Source: an uncultured virus (IMG/VR IMGVR_UViG_3300031802_000001)
Taxonomy: Duplodnaviria; Heunggongvirae; Uroviricota; Caudoviricetes
IMG/VR virus record: IMGVR_UViG_3300031802_000001
DNA length: 64,000 nt
Strand: one strand, 5' to 3'
The notes under the pieces are model-generated. The model saw only the letters and a list, made by a program, of their open reading frames with translations. It searched no databases and was not told the DNA's origin. Below are positions 1 to 10,599 of the stretch, one piece after another (position 1 is the first letter of the stretch; every line of letters begins with the position of its first letter). The position numbers were made by a program, and so were the translations under genes.

Positions 1-94
1 TAAATGTTTCTTCTTATTAGTAAGAAAATAAAAACGACTATGCTCAAATATAAAGTCATCTGTTACACATATTGCAGGACTTGTCATACTATAA

Positions 95-292
95 TCAATC
101 CCAACTAGCTTCTTCGTGTTCATTTTCACTTACCTCTTCTTCCTGTTCATCTTCATCTTCAAGTTCATAACTACAAAACGGACACACCGTCACTCGTTGT
201 TCTGTTTTATCTTCATCATAAACAATAGTAAACCTTGTATTACAATTACCACAATACCTTTTATATTTTTTGGTTAAATCATCTAAATCCAT
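95..292 (-). CDS. Small zinc-ribbon protein with acidic tail
   Basis: CGNC...CPFC pairs and an E/D-rich C-terminus; follows nrdB. Confidence 0.6.
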   Translation of the reverse strand: MDLDDLTKKYKRYCGNCNTRFTIVYDEDKTEQRVTVCPFCSYELEDEDEQEEEVSENEHEEASWD

Positions 293-306
293 AATAATAT
301 ATTCAA

Positions 307-1410
307 TTATAATTTAAATTTTTTAAACTGGTCTTTTTGTACATCTTGTTTAATTCCACCTATAACATAACTTTCAATTTCTGTTTCTTGCGGTGCATTT
401 TGTAATGACCTACTATTTAACCAATGGTCTACCCAAGGTAATGGGTTTGTCTTTTGGTCATATTGTGGGTCTAATCCAATTGCTTTCATCCTACGATTTG
501 CCATATACTCTATATATTTGTGTAACAATTTTTCTGATAAACCTATCATAGAACCTTTTGAAAACAAATAAGTTGCCCAACGTTTCTCTTGTCCTACTCC
601 GTGTTCATACATTTTATAAACTTCTTTTTCTGAATCTCTCATCACTTTGTTCATAGTTTTATCGTGTTCTAGTTCACGATAGTTATTAAGTATTCTTTGT
701 GTTATTAATAAATGTAAACTTTCATCCCTTGCAATTAATGAAAGTATTTTAGCAGAACCTTCTAACATCTTTAATTCACCAAATGCAAATGAACAAGCAA
801 AAGAAACATAAAATCTTAAACCTTCTAATATATTAACTGTCATTAACGTTAAATATAATTTCTTTTTTAACTCATACATATCAACACTATCAGGTTTTAA
901 TATCCATTTATATCCTAAATGCATTAAATCATCATACGTTTGTGTAATACTATTTGCCCTACTTTCAATCTTTTCATCTGTAATAATAGTATCAAAAACT
1001 TCACTAGGGTCGGAATATAAATTCTTAATAATATATGTATAAGAGCGACTATGAATACTTTCCATAAAGTCCCAAGCGATTATACAACTTTCTAATTCAG
1101 GTATAGATACAAATGGTAAAAATGCCAAACAAGGACCTCGTCCTTGCACACTATCCATCATTGTTTGATATTTTAAATTAGATGTAAATATAAATTTACC
1201 TTGTTCAGATAAAACTTTATAATCTGCCATATCTTTTTGCAAAGATATTTCCTCTGGTCTCCAAAAATAACCTAATTGTCTTTGACAAAGTTTATCAAAG
1301 ATAGGATACTTCATATTATCATATCTTTGTACTTGTAAACTCTTACCAAAAAACATAGGTTGTTTTGTAAAGTCTAAATTCTTTTCTGTATTAAATACAC
1401 TTCTAGTCAT
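307..1410 (-). CDS. nrdB: Ribonucleotide reductase class Ia beta subunit
   Basis: FWRPEEI, ESIHSRSY, LEGLRFYVSF and RDESLH di-iron motifs; APQETEIESY tail. Confidence 0.97.
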   Translation of the reverse strand: MTRSVFNTEKNLDFTKQPMFFGKSLQVQRYDNMKYPIFDKLCQRQLGYFWRPEEISLQKDMADYKVLSEQGKFIFTSNLKYQTMMDSVQGRGPCLAFLPFVSIPELESCIIAWDFMESIHSRSYTYIIKNLYSDPSEVFDTIITDEKIESRANSITQTYDDLMHLGYKWILKPDSVDMYELKKKLYLTLMTVNILEGLRFYVSFACSFAFGELKMLEGSAKILSLIARDESLHLLITQRILNNYRELEHDKTMNKVMRDSEKEVYKMYEHGVGQEKRWATYLFSKGSMIGLSEKLLHKYIEYMANRRMKAIGLDPQYDQKTNPLPWVDHWLNSRSLQNAPQETEIESYVIGGIKQDVQKDQFKKFKL

Positions 1411-2074
1411 TTATCGGTTCCAATTGTTCTTGCATTCTTTCTGATTCTGTTAAATCATAATGGTGTTTATCACTATCACCTGCTGTCCACTTACTTATAT
1501 TATCTACACTAAACTCTCTAGTAGATGTTTTATAATCTGGTTTAGTTAATTTACTAGGTGTTAATGATTTATCATAAAATAAAACTCTATTGTTGGGTTG
1601 GGCAGCAAAATGACCATTATCTAGCTTTATTATATTAAATGATTTATGTTGACTTGGAGTTTCACTATAACCTACATTGTTTTCTTTATTCGTTGCACAA
1701 CAACTATCTATACTAAACATATAATTTCCTTCATATACTTTCTTATTTGGTGATAGATAACTACATCTATTACCACTTATCACTTGTTTTTCAATAACAG
1801 AAATATCATAATCAAAACAATCCCATAACTGTAATTCTGCTAATGATAAATCTTCTTTAGTTTTTTTCCAAGAAAACGCTGATATAGGAAGTTTATCATA
1901 TAAGGCACCTGATTCATATAGATATGTTTCAAAATATAATGCTCTGCCTTGAATACTCTTAACTGTACACCATATACCTGGTACAAATTCTCCATATCCT
2001 TTTTCTAAATCATACAGGTATTGTTTTTTAACTAATACTTCCGTGTGTGGAAGATTTGCACATAAAAACGCCAT
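1403..2074 (-). CDS. Hypothetical protein between nrdA and nrdB
   Basis: 223-aa ORF overlapping the nrdB start; no function recognised. Confidence 0.7.
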   Translation of the reverse strand: MAFLCANLPHTEVLVKKQYLYDLEKGYGEFVPGIWCTVKSIQGRALYFETYLYESGALYDKLPISAFSWKKTKEDLSLAELQLWDCFDYDISVIEKQVISGNRCSYLSPNKKVYEGNYMFSIDSCCATNKENNVGYSETPSQHKSFNIIKLDNGHFAAQPNNRVLFYDKSLTPSKLTKPDYKTSTREFSVDNISKWTAGDSDKHHYDLTESERMQEQLEPIND

Positions 2075-2083
2075 ACGCTTCCT

Positions 2084-4384
2084 TTATATTACGCAAGTTT
2101 CACAGTCCTCCGTGTCTTGTTTTGTTTCTTCTACATTATCCTTCCAACCAACTGGATGGACAGGTTCATCAAAATCTTTCTTACTATCATATGTATTTTG
2201 ATAATAAGAAGTCTTCCAACCTAACTTATAAGTATTTAGCAAATCCTGTGCCATAATAGATAATGGTACTTGTCCTTCATCATAATGTTCAGGATTATAT
2301 GACCAGTTACCACTTATCGCCTGGTCAAAATACTTTTGCATTACAGCTACTATGTTTATATATCCTTCATTTGATTTCATATCCCATAGTAACGTATAAC
2401 TATTTTTCAACCTTTTGTAATCAGGTACAACTTGTTTTAAAGTTCCCTTTTTACTTTTCTTTACTGAAAGATAATCTCTAGGTGGTTCAATGCCGTTTGT
2501 AGCATTACAAACCACACTAGAGCTTTCAGATGGCATTTGAGCCGAGAGTGTGCTATGTCGTAGCCCAAATTCCTTAATATCTTTTCTCAATTCTTCCCAT
2601 TTATAAGATAATTTACGAGATACAATCTCATCAACTTCTTTTTTATAGGTGTCTATTGGTAAGATACCGTCTGAATACTTTGTTTTATTAAAGTCTTTAC
2701 ATTGACCTTTTTCTTTTGCTAATTGATTACTTGATTTTAATAGATAATATTGGAATGCTTCTGTTAACTTATCAACTTCTTTCCAAGCAGTTTTCGTTTC
2801 ATAACTATATCCTAATGTTGCTAGATAATGAGCAAGACCAATATACCCAACTCCTAAACTTCGTCTATTTCTTGTAGAAATTTCTGCTGCCTTAACTGGA
2901 TATTTTTGATGGTCTATAATTTCATCTAACGACCTTACAATTAAATCACATAATGGTTCTAATTCATCTAAATCTTTTATAAGTCCTACATTAACTGCTG
3001 ATAAAATACATAATGCAATTTCACCTTTTCCATCTATGTGACTTATAGGTTCTGTTGGTAATGTTATTTCTTGGCACAAATTAGACATTGTTATTCTATC
3101 TTTAAAAGAAGAGTGAGTATTACAATGGTCAATATTCATAATGTAAATACGACCTGTTTCTGCTCTTTCTTTCAATATTGACATAAACAAACTTTGTGCT
3201 TTAACTTTCTGTTTCCATATTGATAATTTTCTTTCTGCTACTTCATACAACTCATCAAATTCTGGCGTACCCCAACTATCAACTAATTCTGGTACTTCGT
3301 GTGGTGAAAATAATGTTATATCTCCATCATTAATAAATCTTTCATAAAATAGTTTTGATAACTGAATTGAATAATCTAATTTTCTAACTCTATTATCTTC
3401 ACTACCTTTATTGTTTTTAAGTACAAGTATATCTTCTATTTCTTTATGCCAAATTGGAAAATGAACAGTTGCTGAACCACCACGTACACCATTTTGTGTA
3501 CAACATTTAACAGTTGCTTCAAACTTTTTAAGAAAAGGAATAACACCTGTGTGTTGTACTTCTCCACCTCTTATTTTAGAATTAATTCCTCTAATACGTC
3601 CTGCATTAATACCAATACCTGCCCTTTGAGCAACATATTTACCAATTGCCATATCACTAGAAAAAATTGAAGATAATGTATCTGCAACATCAACTAGTAC
3701 ACAACTAGCATACTGTTTAATAGGAGTTCTTACACCTGCCATTACTGGAGTTGGTATATTAATTTTAAATCTTGAAATTGCGTCATAATATCTTTTCACA
3801 TAACTCATCCTTTTATTTTTTGGGTAATGTGCAAAGATAGTAGCAGCAATCATCATATACATAAATTGTGGAGTTTCAAAAATATCACCTGTGCTTCTAT
3901 CTTGTACAAGATACTTGTCAATAACTTGTCTTAAACCTGCATATGTAAAAGTATAATCTCTTTCGTGAGTTAACCAATTTTCCATTCTATCAAAATCATT
4001 TTTGTTATACCATTTTAAAATATCAGGATCATATACTCCTTTTTTTACACTATCATTAACGTGAGTGTAAATGTGTGGGTGATCCCATAATTTGTGAAAT
4101 AATTGTTTTCTTAAACTATAGAGTAATAGTCTAGCGGCAACATATTGATAATTTGGATTGTCTAGTGAAATTAAATCATTTGCCGACTTGATTAAAATTT
4201 GTTGAATTTCATTTGTGGTAATTCCATCATAAAATTGTAGACCACTACTCATTTCAACTTGTGATGAAGATACACCTGTAATATCTTCTGTTGCATACTC
4301 TACCATTTCGTGAATCTTCTCAATGTTAAGAGCTTCCTTACCCCTACCATTTCGTTTCACGACACTTATGTTTTCATTTACCAT
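2084..4384 (-). CDS. nrdA: Ribonucleotide reductase class Ia alpha subunit
   Basis: N-terminal ATP-cone (VVKRNG), ASCVL, SNLCQEI, MPSESSS, C-terminal CETCVI. Confidence 0.98.
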   Translation of the reverse strand: MVNENISVVKRNGRGKEALNIEKIHEMVEYATEDITGVSSSQVEMSSGLQFYDGITTNEIQQILIKSANDLISLDNPNYQYVAARLLLYSLRKQLFHKLWDHPHIYTHVNDSVKKGVYDPDILKWYNKNDFDRMENWLTHERDYTFTYAGLRQVIDKYLVQDRSTGDIFETPQFMYMMIAATIFAHYPKNKRMSYVKRYYDAISRFKINIPTPVMAGVRTPIKQYASCVLVDVADTLSSIFSSDMAIGKYVAQRAGIGINAGRIRGINSKIRGGEVQHTGVIPFLKKFEATVKCCTQNGVRGGSATVHFPIWHKEIEDILVLKNNKGSEDNRVRKLDYSIQLSKLFYERFINDGDITLFSPHEVPELVDSWGTPEFDELYEVAERKLSIWKQKVKAQSLFMSILKERAETGRIYIMNIDHCNTHSSFKDRITMSNLCQEITLPTEPISHIDGKGEIALCILSAVNVGLIKDLDELEPLCDLIVRSLDEIIDHQKYPVKAAEISTRNRRSLGVGYIGLAHYLATLGYSYETKTAWKEVDKLTEAFQYYLLKSSNQLAKEKGQCKDFNKTKYSDGILPIDTYKKEVDEIVSRKLSYKWEELRKDIKEFGLRHSTLSAQMPSESSSVVCNATNGIEPPRDYLSVKKSKKGTLKQVVPDYKRLKNSYTLLWDMKSNEGYINIVAVMQKYFDQAISGNWSYNPEHYDEGQVPLSIMAQDLLNTYKLGWKTSYYQNTYDSKKDFDEPVHPVGWKDNVEETKQDTEDCETCVI

Positions 4385-4391
4385 TTAACCC

Positions 4392-5387
4392 CTAAACTTT
4401 TTTATAATAACTTAATTTTTCTAATGCTTCTAATTTTCTAAAAGTATTTTTATCTATAATATTTTTTATTTCAGCCACACTTATTCCAGACACAATCATT
4501 TCATTTACATCTTTCAGTTGAATATGATTTGGCCAAATAACTACATTGTAATCTTTTTCAATCACAGTGTACATACGCTTTATGATTTCTTTATTACGAG
4601 GTTCATTGTCAAATATATATGTAACTTGGTCATTAGGCATTCTCAATGTTAAGTCTGCTCCACCTGCTGCCAAACAATTATCTAAAAACAAACTATCAAG
4701 TGGACCTTCTACAATGTAAACGTGTTTTTGGAAATTTACACGTTCAAGTCCATAAACTTTTTGTTTTGTTTCATCAAGTTTAATAGTAATATATTTAGGT
4801 TGTTCTTTTCCAAATGCTCTGCCTTGGAAAGCAAACAACTCTCCAGTTACATCAAAGAAAGGAATAATTAATCTTGGGTGTTCATATCTCTCTTTGAATA
4901 TACCTGGTTTCACCTTGTTAGCAAAATTATGAAATTTATTAACAAGATATAATTTCTCATAATATTTGGTAGGTATCAATCTCTTTTTAATATAATCCTT
5001 TACAGGATGGTCGTCTTTCAAATTACTTATTTTAATACAGTTATCAAGTAAATTTGTTTCTTTAAATTTTGTTGGTTTAAAGTCAAATTTTGGCTGGGGC
5101 GTGGAAGGTGCCGATCCTTTATAACGTTCTAATAAGTATTCTCCATATTTCTTGGGATCCAAGAATTTTATAAAATTTGATAAATTTTGTCCTTGACCAC
5201 AATTGTGGCATTTGAAGAACATATCATTTTTTACTCTATAGAGATATGCTCTTGCTTTTGTTTTACTCTTTTGTGAGTCTCCACAATGTGGACACCTAAA
5301 GTTAAAAAGATAATCATTCTTCTTTTTAAACTGATCCAATCTTGACGAAATTTCATTAATATACTTTAAATCTATATAACTTGACAT
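4392..5387 (-). CDS. gp61: T4-like DNA primase
   Basis: Zn finger CPHCGDS...CHNC; TOPRIM motifs VEGPLDS and FDNEPRN; KDVNEM. Confidence 0.95.
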   Translation of the reverse strand: MSSYIDLKYINEISSRLDQFKKKNDYLFNFRCPHCGDSQKSKTKARAYLYRVKNDMFFKCHNCGQGQNLSNFIKFLDPKKYGEYLLERYKGSAPSTPQPKFDFKPTKFKETNLLDNCIKISNLKDDHPVKDYIKKRLIPTKYYEKLYLVNKFHNFANKVKPGIFKERYEHPRLIIPFFDVTGELFAFQGRAFGKEQPKYITIKLDETKQKVYGLERVNFQKHVYIVEGPLDSLFLDNCLAAGGADLTLRMPNDQVTYIFDNEPRNKEIIKRMYTVIEKDYNVVIWPNHIQLKDVNEMIVSGISVAEIKNIIDKNTFRKLEALEKLSYYKKV

Positions 5388-5400
5388 AACACTATCTCAT

Positions 5401-5429
5401 AATATACTATAAATCACTCAAAAAGTCAA
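5401..5429 (-). promoter_or_regulatory. Sigma70-like promoter for primase/nrdAB
   Basis: TTGACT-N17-TATATT on the minus strand, just upstream of the gp61 ATG. Confidence 0.7.
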
Positions 5430-5503
5430 GTCTGTTTAGAAAAAAGTTCCACGAAAAAAAATAGCCACCGCACTTTTCCCCACTAAAAGAGGATAAAAAA
5501 ACT

Positions 5504-5932
5504 CTACTTTAACAGTTGCACTATTTCCCCAAAATTCACAGATAGTATCCATCCAATAGCTACTATCACACCAATTATAATCCAACGGTGTTTTTCTAAT
5601 ACACCTACTCTTTGACCTATATCTATTCTGATATTCTTAATCTCTATTAACAGTCTTTTTTCAATTGATTGTATCTCTCTGGACAATTCTAAGCGAATAC
5701 TATCTATTTTATCTGCTCGTTCTTTAAGTTTATCAAATATGATTTCATCAACTTGTTCTTGCCTACTTATCTTTTCAGCGTGAACAGCCAACATTGATTT
5801 GATTGATGTGGATACGTCTGTTAAACGTTCAATAGCAACGTTTAATCTTTCTGCTATATTTTGTGTTAACTCAACATCTTTTTTGAGTTTAGCTATGTCT
5901 ATTTTTGTTTTAATATTATTTTCTTCTGGCAT
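5504..5932 (-). CDS. Coiled-coil protein with C-terminal membrane anchor
   Basis: Heptad-like helical body followed by WIIIGVIVAIGWILSV. Confidence 0.7.
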   Translation of the reverse strand: MPEENNIKTKIDIAKLKKDVELTQNIAERLNVAIERLTDVSTSIKSMLAVHAEKISRQEQVDEIIFDKLKERADKIDSIRLELSREIQSIEKRLLIEIKNIRIDIGQRVGVLEKHRWIIIGVIVAIGWILSVNFGEIVQLLK

Positions 5933-6004
5933 TAGAATTCTCTATCTATCCATTTCCATATGGAGTAACACATCCAACCTAAAAGAAACATTATTAAAAA
6001 AAAA

Positions 6005-6148
6005 TTAATCATCCCCATTGTATCTCCATTGAGTTGGCAACCACCATTCAGTATACCAATGTCTAAACTGTGTTGGGTGTCTTCCTATGATAAAAATATG
6101 CCAAAAACCTTTTGTTAATTCCATTAGTGCTATGATTTTCTTACACAT
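6005..6148 (-). CDS. Small Trp-rich protein (47 aa), not in the ORF track
   Basis: Hand translation MCKKIIALMELTKGFWHIFIIGRHPTQFRHWYTEWWLPTQWRYNGDD; starts 3 nt after the FecR gene stop. Confidence 0.45.
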   Translation of the reverse strand: MCKKIIALMELTKGFWHIFIIGRHPTQFRHWYTEWWLPTQWRYNGDD

Positions 6149-6151
6149 ACC

Positions 6152-8278
6152 TTAATCGGTTTGAATAATTGTTATATTTTCTTGGCTAGAACTACTGCCA
6201 ATATCAAAATGTTGAGCTTCTTGGTCTTGTAAAATTTGGATGTCTGCTTCGTCAGCAGTTTCAATTTTTAGATATGTTCTATGACTATCATTATATCTAT
6301 TTATAATTGAGTACCCGCTAACGGATGTATCAACATCAGCGTCATAAGTATTGCTACCTGTTGTATATCTTCCTGTTAATGTTTCGGAACTAGTAACCCC
6401 ACCACTTGTTGTTACTGTTGTTTGAGTAATGTTTCCTGTAGTATAATTTAAAATTTCTCCACTTGTTGTTATTGAAGTTTCTGATCCACTATTGTCAACC
6501 CATTCTGTACCACAAGCAGAATTAGCATTGTCCCAATAATATCCCCAATTAACACAATCATTTTCGTTATCTATATCTGCTAACCATAATTCTAATTCAG
6601 CGTCTATATCATAATCATCCTCATAACCATATTCATCTTCCAATGATGTAGAATCATCTCCTGTATCTTCATATGAACCTGTGTACCACCAACTAGATGT
6701 ATTGTCATAAAATTTTTGCCAATCTGAATTAGACCATTCGGCAACATATTTGTCTTTTAAACTTGCCATCTTCCAAGGTTTAGGTTGTCCAGAACACCAC
6801 TTTGGATTATCCCAAGTGCCACACCAACCATACCATTTTTTAAATAATTTTCTAGCATCTTTTTCCCAACTAGTATAATCTTTAAACAATGACCAATCAT
6901 CTTTATACCACAAATTTAAATAATCTAAATATTTTTGGTCGCACCAAGAACCATATCCATTATAATCACAATAGTTTTGTATTGTTAATTCAGGTGGACC
7001 GCCTGCCGCTATGTAATCTGAATTAGCATAATAACTTGTTGATAAATCAAAATCTTCCCAAGAGTATCCAACAACCGTTGATGTAGCTTCATCTTCAACA
7101 TCTCCAGTTATATCTTCTTCTTTTACATCATAAGAAGTTAATCCATATTTTTCTAACGTATCATTATACTCATCATAATAAGCATCCCAATCAACTTTAT
7201 CCCAATCAACCTCATCCCAATTAATAGTATCCCAAGTACAATCTGAGCAACCTATTGCGTCAAAATATGCTTGGTCCATTTCAGAATACATAGTCTTAGC
7301 TGTATCCCAATCCATTTTCTGTTCACCTTCAGCATCCCATACTGATATTTGATTATCTTCATCAATATAACCCAAATCTTTTAAATCTTCTTCCCATTCA
7401 TCATAATAAGAAGTATCAACTTCCGCTTCTTTTACTGCTTGGTCTACTGCGGATTCTTCAATTGATTTTGTATCTAATATTGTTTCTGTTCCAGAAGTAC
7501 CTAAATCGGAAGTAGCGTCATATGTATCTGCTGTTTCTGTAATGGTAACTTCTTCACTAATAATTGCCTCTTCCATTTGTTGTAGTTTTTCATTGTTTTC
7601 TTTTCTATCATATTGTTGGTCGTGCTTGTCTTTTATATCACCATCAACACTATCAATATCAAACAAATTCTTTTTCTGGTTATTATCCAATGCTGATGGA
7701 GTTTTAATCATAACATCTGAACCAACTACGGTTACGGAAGTATATACATTTGTTAATATTTGAGAACCTGCTTCATTGGTTACAGTTACTTGCCCTACCT
7801 CACCTTGACTATCTGGAAGTAATGTAATTGTTGTTTGACCTGAAGTGTCTACCGTACCTGAAAAAGCAGTACCTTGTACGGTGATTGTTGCTGTTGGGGT
7901 GAACATATTAACCTCACCACCTAATGCCTTTATTGAACCTGACTCGTATGTAAATGTACCAACATTAATTGATATGTTCATTGCAATTTCAATTGGTATA
8001 ACAGATGTATCAAAAGCAAATTCATCAATGATTAATTCTGTATTAGGACCCATTGTAAATTTAGTTTCATCTTTATAATGTAAAATCATACCACCATCTT
8101 CTCCTGTTTGGAGAAAATCGTTCATCTCTAAAAGATAACCTTTGATTACTTCTTGGGTATGTCCATCTCTCTCATTCCAAGTTTGACCCATTTTATCTGC
8201 AACCGAACCAATAGTAACCGCTAATGCTTGTGTAGTAAATAGTATCAAGAAAGATACTATAAATAAAAGTTTTTTCAT
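6152..8278 (-). CDS. Secreted FecR-domain protein with long acidic/aromatic extension
   Basis: Signal peptide; FecR-like motifs DFLQTGEDG, GPNTELIIDEF and TPTATITVQGTAF; D/W/Y-rich middle region. Confidence 0.8.
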   Translation of the reverse strand: MKKLLFIVSFLILFTTQALAVTIGSVADKMGQTWNERDGHTQEVIKGYLLEMNDFLQTGEDGGMILHYKDETKFTMGPNTELIIDEFAFDTSVIPIEIAMNISINVGTFTYESGSIKALGGEVNMFTPTATITVQGTAFSGTVDTSGQTTITLLPDSQGEVGQVTVTNEAGSQILTNVYTSVTVVGSDVMIKTPSALDNNQKKNLFDIDSVDGDIKDKHDQQYDRKENNEKLQQMEEAIISEEVTITETADTYDATSDLGTSGTETILDTKSIEESAVDQAVKEAEVDTSYYDEWEEDLKDLGYIDEDNQISVWDAEGEQKMDWDTAKTMYSEMDQAYFDAIGCSDCTWDTINWDEVDWDKVDWDAYYDEYNDTLEKYGLTSYDVKEEDITGDVEDEATSTVVGYSWEDFDLSTSYYANSDYIAAGGPPELTIQNYCDYNGYGSWCDQKYLDYLNLWYKDDWSLFKDYTSWEKDARKLFKKWYGWCGTWDNPKWCSGQPKPWKMASLKDKYVAEWSNSDWQKFYDNTSSWWYTGSYEDTGDDSTSLEDEYGYEDDYDIDAELELWLADIDNENDCVNWGYYWDNANSACGTEWVDNSGSETSITTSGEILNYTTGNITQTTVTTSGGVTSSETLTGRYTTGSNTYDADVDTSVSGYSIINRYNDSHRTYLKIETADEADIQILQDQEAQHFDIGSSSSQENITIIQTD

Positions 8279-8406
8279 CTTTTAAATTTCTTCTCTTTTT
8301 CTTTTCTCTTCCATTTTTTTGGCCAATAATTGTAGATAAGTGTACATATTACACCACCTGTTAAGCATATTGCTCCAAACCAAAAAACAAAAATTAAAAA
8401 TTGCAC

Positions 8407-9495
8407 CTAGCAACCGCCAGTTATGGTCGTATTATAATCCGATGATTGGGTGTTTCTGTTATATGAATAAGTACAACTATCATTACCGTCCTGAACAACA
8501 GATAAAGTATAATCGTATATTGAATCACCTGATACATAAAGGTAAGCATAGTTGTTATCATTAGTTTGTTTAAGGTTAACATATGCGTCATCTGTATAGA
8601 TATAAACTTTTGCTACATTATCTTCACCATTTGCATAGTAAGTAAATGTATTATCATCTCCAATAGTAACTGTTTTCATCCAATTATCGTCACCTCTTTG
8701 TACCATTCTTACGTGGCTATTTGTGCAACAAGAGTGAACATCTAAAATGTTTGAATTACCTATGACATCGTGGACTTGGTAATTATTGTGTCCCCAGGAT
8801 GCTGTATGCACTCTATTAGAATTTCCTACAATGTAAAAATCTATTGTTGCACCTTCATCTCCTGAATCGTCTGCAAAGATACCGTGAGAAGCAACATTTG
8901 GACCTATCATTTTATTTGCATAAGAAGAAGCAACCATACCTTTTGATTCGGATCCATTACTATAAAATTCAGCGTCATTTGAATCTCCATTAATCAATAC
9001 ATATAAGAAGTGACCATCACCTCTACTAAACATCCAAAAATCATTTCCGTCTCCTACTATATCTAAATCAAGGTGTGTGTCCTGTACATTATCACTGTAA
9101 TGAGTATCTATTTCTACTATATTTGAATTACCTGTAATATCAATATCATAATAATGTCCGTCTGCATCTATGTCATCCAAATCTAATCTTAATACATTAG
9201 AATTACCTGTAGCAACATAATCAAAGGTCATATTGGAACCTCTAAAAGACCTATGGTTGCTATCGTTAGCAACATTATTATTGCCTATTTGTTTAATGAT
9301 AAGAGTAAGGTTAGGTCCATTGATTAAATAAGGCTTTGAGGTGCTTAGACCAACCATATTACCAGTTCCATCTTGTTTAATGTAGATAGAACCATCATCA
9401 TCTTGGTTAATTTGCCAAATATAAACTGAATTTCCTGCCCAACAGCTAATCGTTGTTGCTAGAAGAATCACTAGTGCCATCATTAATTTCTTCAT
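8407..9495 (-). CDS. Curlin-repeat (CsgA/CsgB-like) secreted beta-solenoid protein
   Basis: Signal peptide; about 12 repeats ending in (Q/x)xGxxN, often ~22-25 aa apart (KQDGTGN, KQIGNNN, ATGNSN, IVGDGN, VQRGDDN); downstream of csgG. Confidence 0.75.
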   Translation of the reverse strand: MKKLMMALVILLATTISCWAGNSVYIWQINQDDDGSIYIKQDGTGNMVGLSTSKPYLINGPNLTLIIKQIGNNNVANDSNHRSFRGSNMTFDYVATGNSNVLRLDLDDIDADGHYYDIDITGNSNIVEIDTHYSDNVQDTHLDLDIVGDGNDFWMFSRGDGHFLYVLINGDSNDAEFYSNGSESKGMVASSYANKMIGPNVASHGIFADDSGDEGATIDFYIVGNSNRVHTASWGHNNYQVHDVIGNSNILDVHSCCTNSHVRMVQRGDDNWMKTVTIGDDNTFTYYANGEDNVAKVYIYTDDAYVNLKQTNDNNYAYLYVSGDSIYDYTLSVVQDGNDSCTYSYNRNTQSSDYNTTITGGC

Positions 9496-10597
9496 TTGTG
9501 TTCTCCTTTTCTAATTCTTTTTCTTTCCATTCTATAAGTAATTTAGCTTGAATTTCTAATTTACGTTTTTCTTTTTCAACTTCTTTTGCTTCAATTGCTG
9601 CTAATGTTTTTAAGTGTGTTTGATATTCATCCCAAGTTTTAAACTTTGTATTATTTTCTTTGTTATAATTTTTTACTTCAAGTTTTTGTGCTTTCTTTAA
9701 TTCTTTTTTAGCTTTCTTTTCTGCTTTGTAATCTTCGTATGTTTTCTCTACATTAGGTTCTTGTTGCTCTATTATTACTTTATCAGGTATATCTTCACTA
9801 CTTTCAAAACCACTAGTGACTTCTTCAACTTTCATTTTCCATACACCTTTTTCGTCACCTTCTTTTATTAATTCTACTATACCTTTTTCTATTGCTTTTC
9901 TTACTGCAAAAGTAACAGGTTCATTTCTTGCTACGCCAACTTCTACTTCTAATAACAATGTATCAGCGTCAAAATATTTGAATACATCTCCACCAGTTTC
10001 ACCTGAAATTATAGTTTTCTCAACTACTATTGATAATACTACCTCACCACTTTGTACATTAACTAATCTTAAAATAACAGTAACTACATCTTGTCGCCAT
10101 TGTTTATGTGCTTGAATACCTAAAATTCTTGCACCATAACCGCCTGACTTTACATCACTATCATAACCTATAATACCACCTGTAAGATATGCACCTGCAA
10201 ATAATAGTGGCGGTAAAGGTTCTGCTTTATCACCATCAACTTGTTGTCTTGTAGAACGTATTAATTTTCTTTCTTGTAATAAACTTGGTAAACTTGCTCT
10301 TTCAACAACTCTAAACCATTTGCCATCACCTGCGTCTTGTAATGCTTTTATTAATATTTGATATGCACCTTGGGTTACTGCCGTACTCATTGTAGCATAA
10401 TTGCCTCCAGGTTTTTTCTGACCAGTTAAATCAATAAAATCATACACAGCAATTACAATAGATTCACCTTCTGGTGGTTGTATTGTAGTTAAAGTTTTAA
10501 CTGCTGGTATTTGTTTTCTAACATCAAAGTCTGGCTTACCTACACAACTAACTAAAAATAATGTTGCTAAAAATATGATTACTAATTTTTTAAACAT
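9446..10597 (-). CDS. csgG: Curli secretion channel lipoprotein CsgG
   Basis: Lipobox LVSC; AVYDFIDLTGQKKP, STAVTQG, WFRVVER, ERKLIRSTR, GGIIGYD and NEPVTFAVRKAIE. Confidence 0.93.
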   Translation of the reverse strand: MFKKLVIIFLATLFLVSCVGKPDFDVRKQIPAVKTLTTIQPPEGESIVIAVYDFIDLTGQKKPGGNYATMSTAVTQGAYQILIKALQDAGDGKWFRVVERASLPSLLQERKLIRSTRQQVDGDKAEPLPPLLFAGAYLTGGIIGYDSDVKSGGYGARILGIQAHKQWRQDVVTVILRLVNVQSGEVVLSIVVEKTIISGETGGDVFKYFDADTLLLEVEVGVARNEPVTFAVRKAIEKGIVELIKEGDEKGVWKMKVEEVTSGFESSEDIPDKVIIEQQEPNVEKTYEDYKAEKKAKKELKKAQKLEVKNYNKENNTKFKTWDEYQTHLKTLAAIEAKEVEKEKRKLEIQAKLLIEWKEKELEKENTNEEINDGTSDSSSNND

Positions 10598-10599
10598 TA

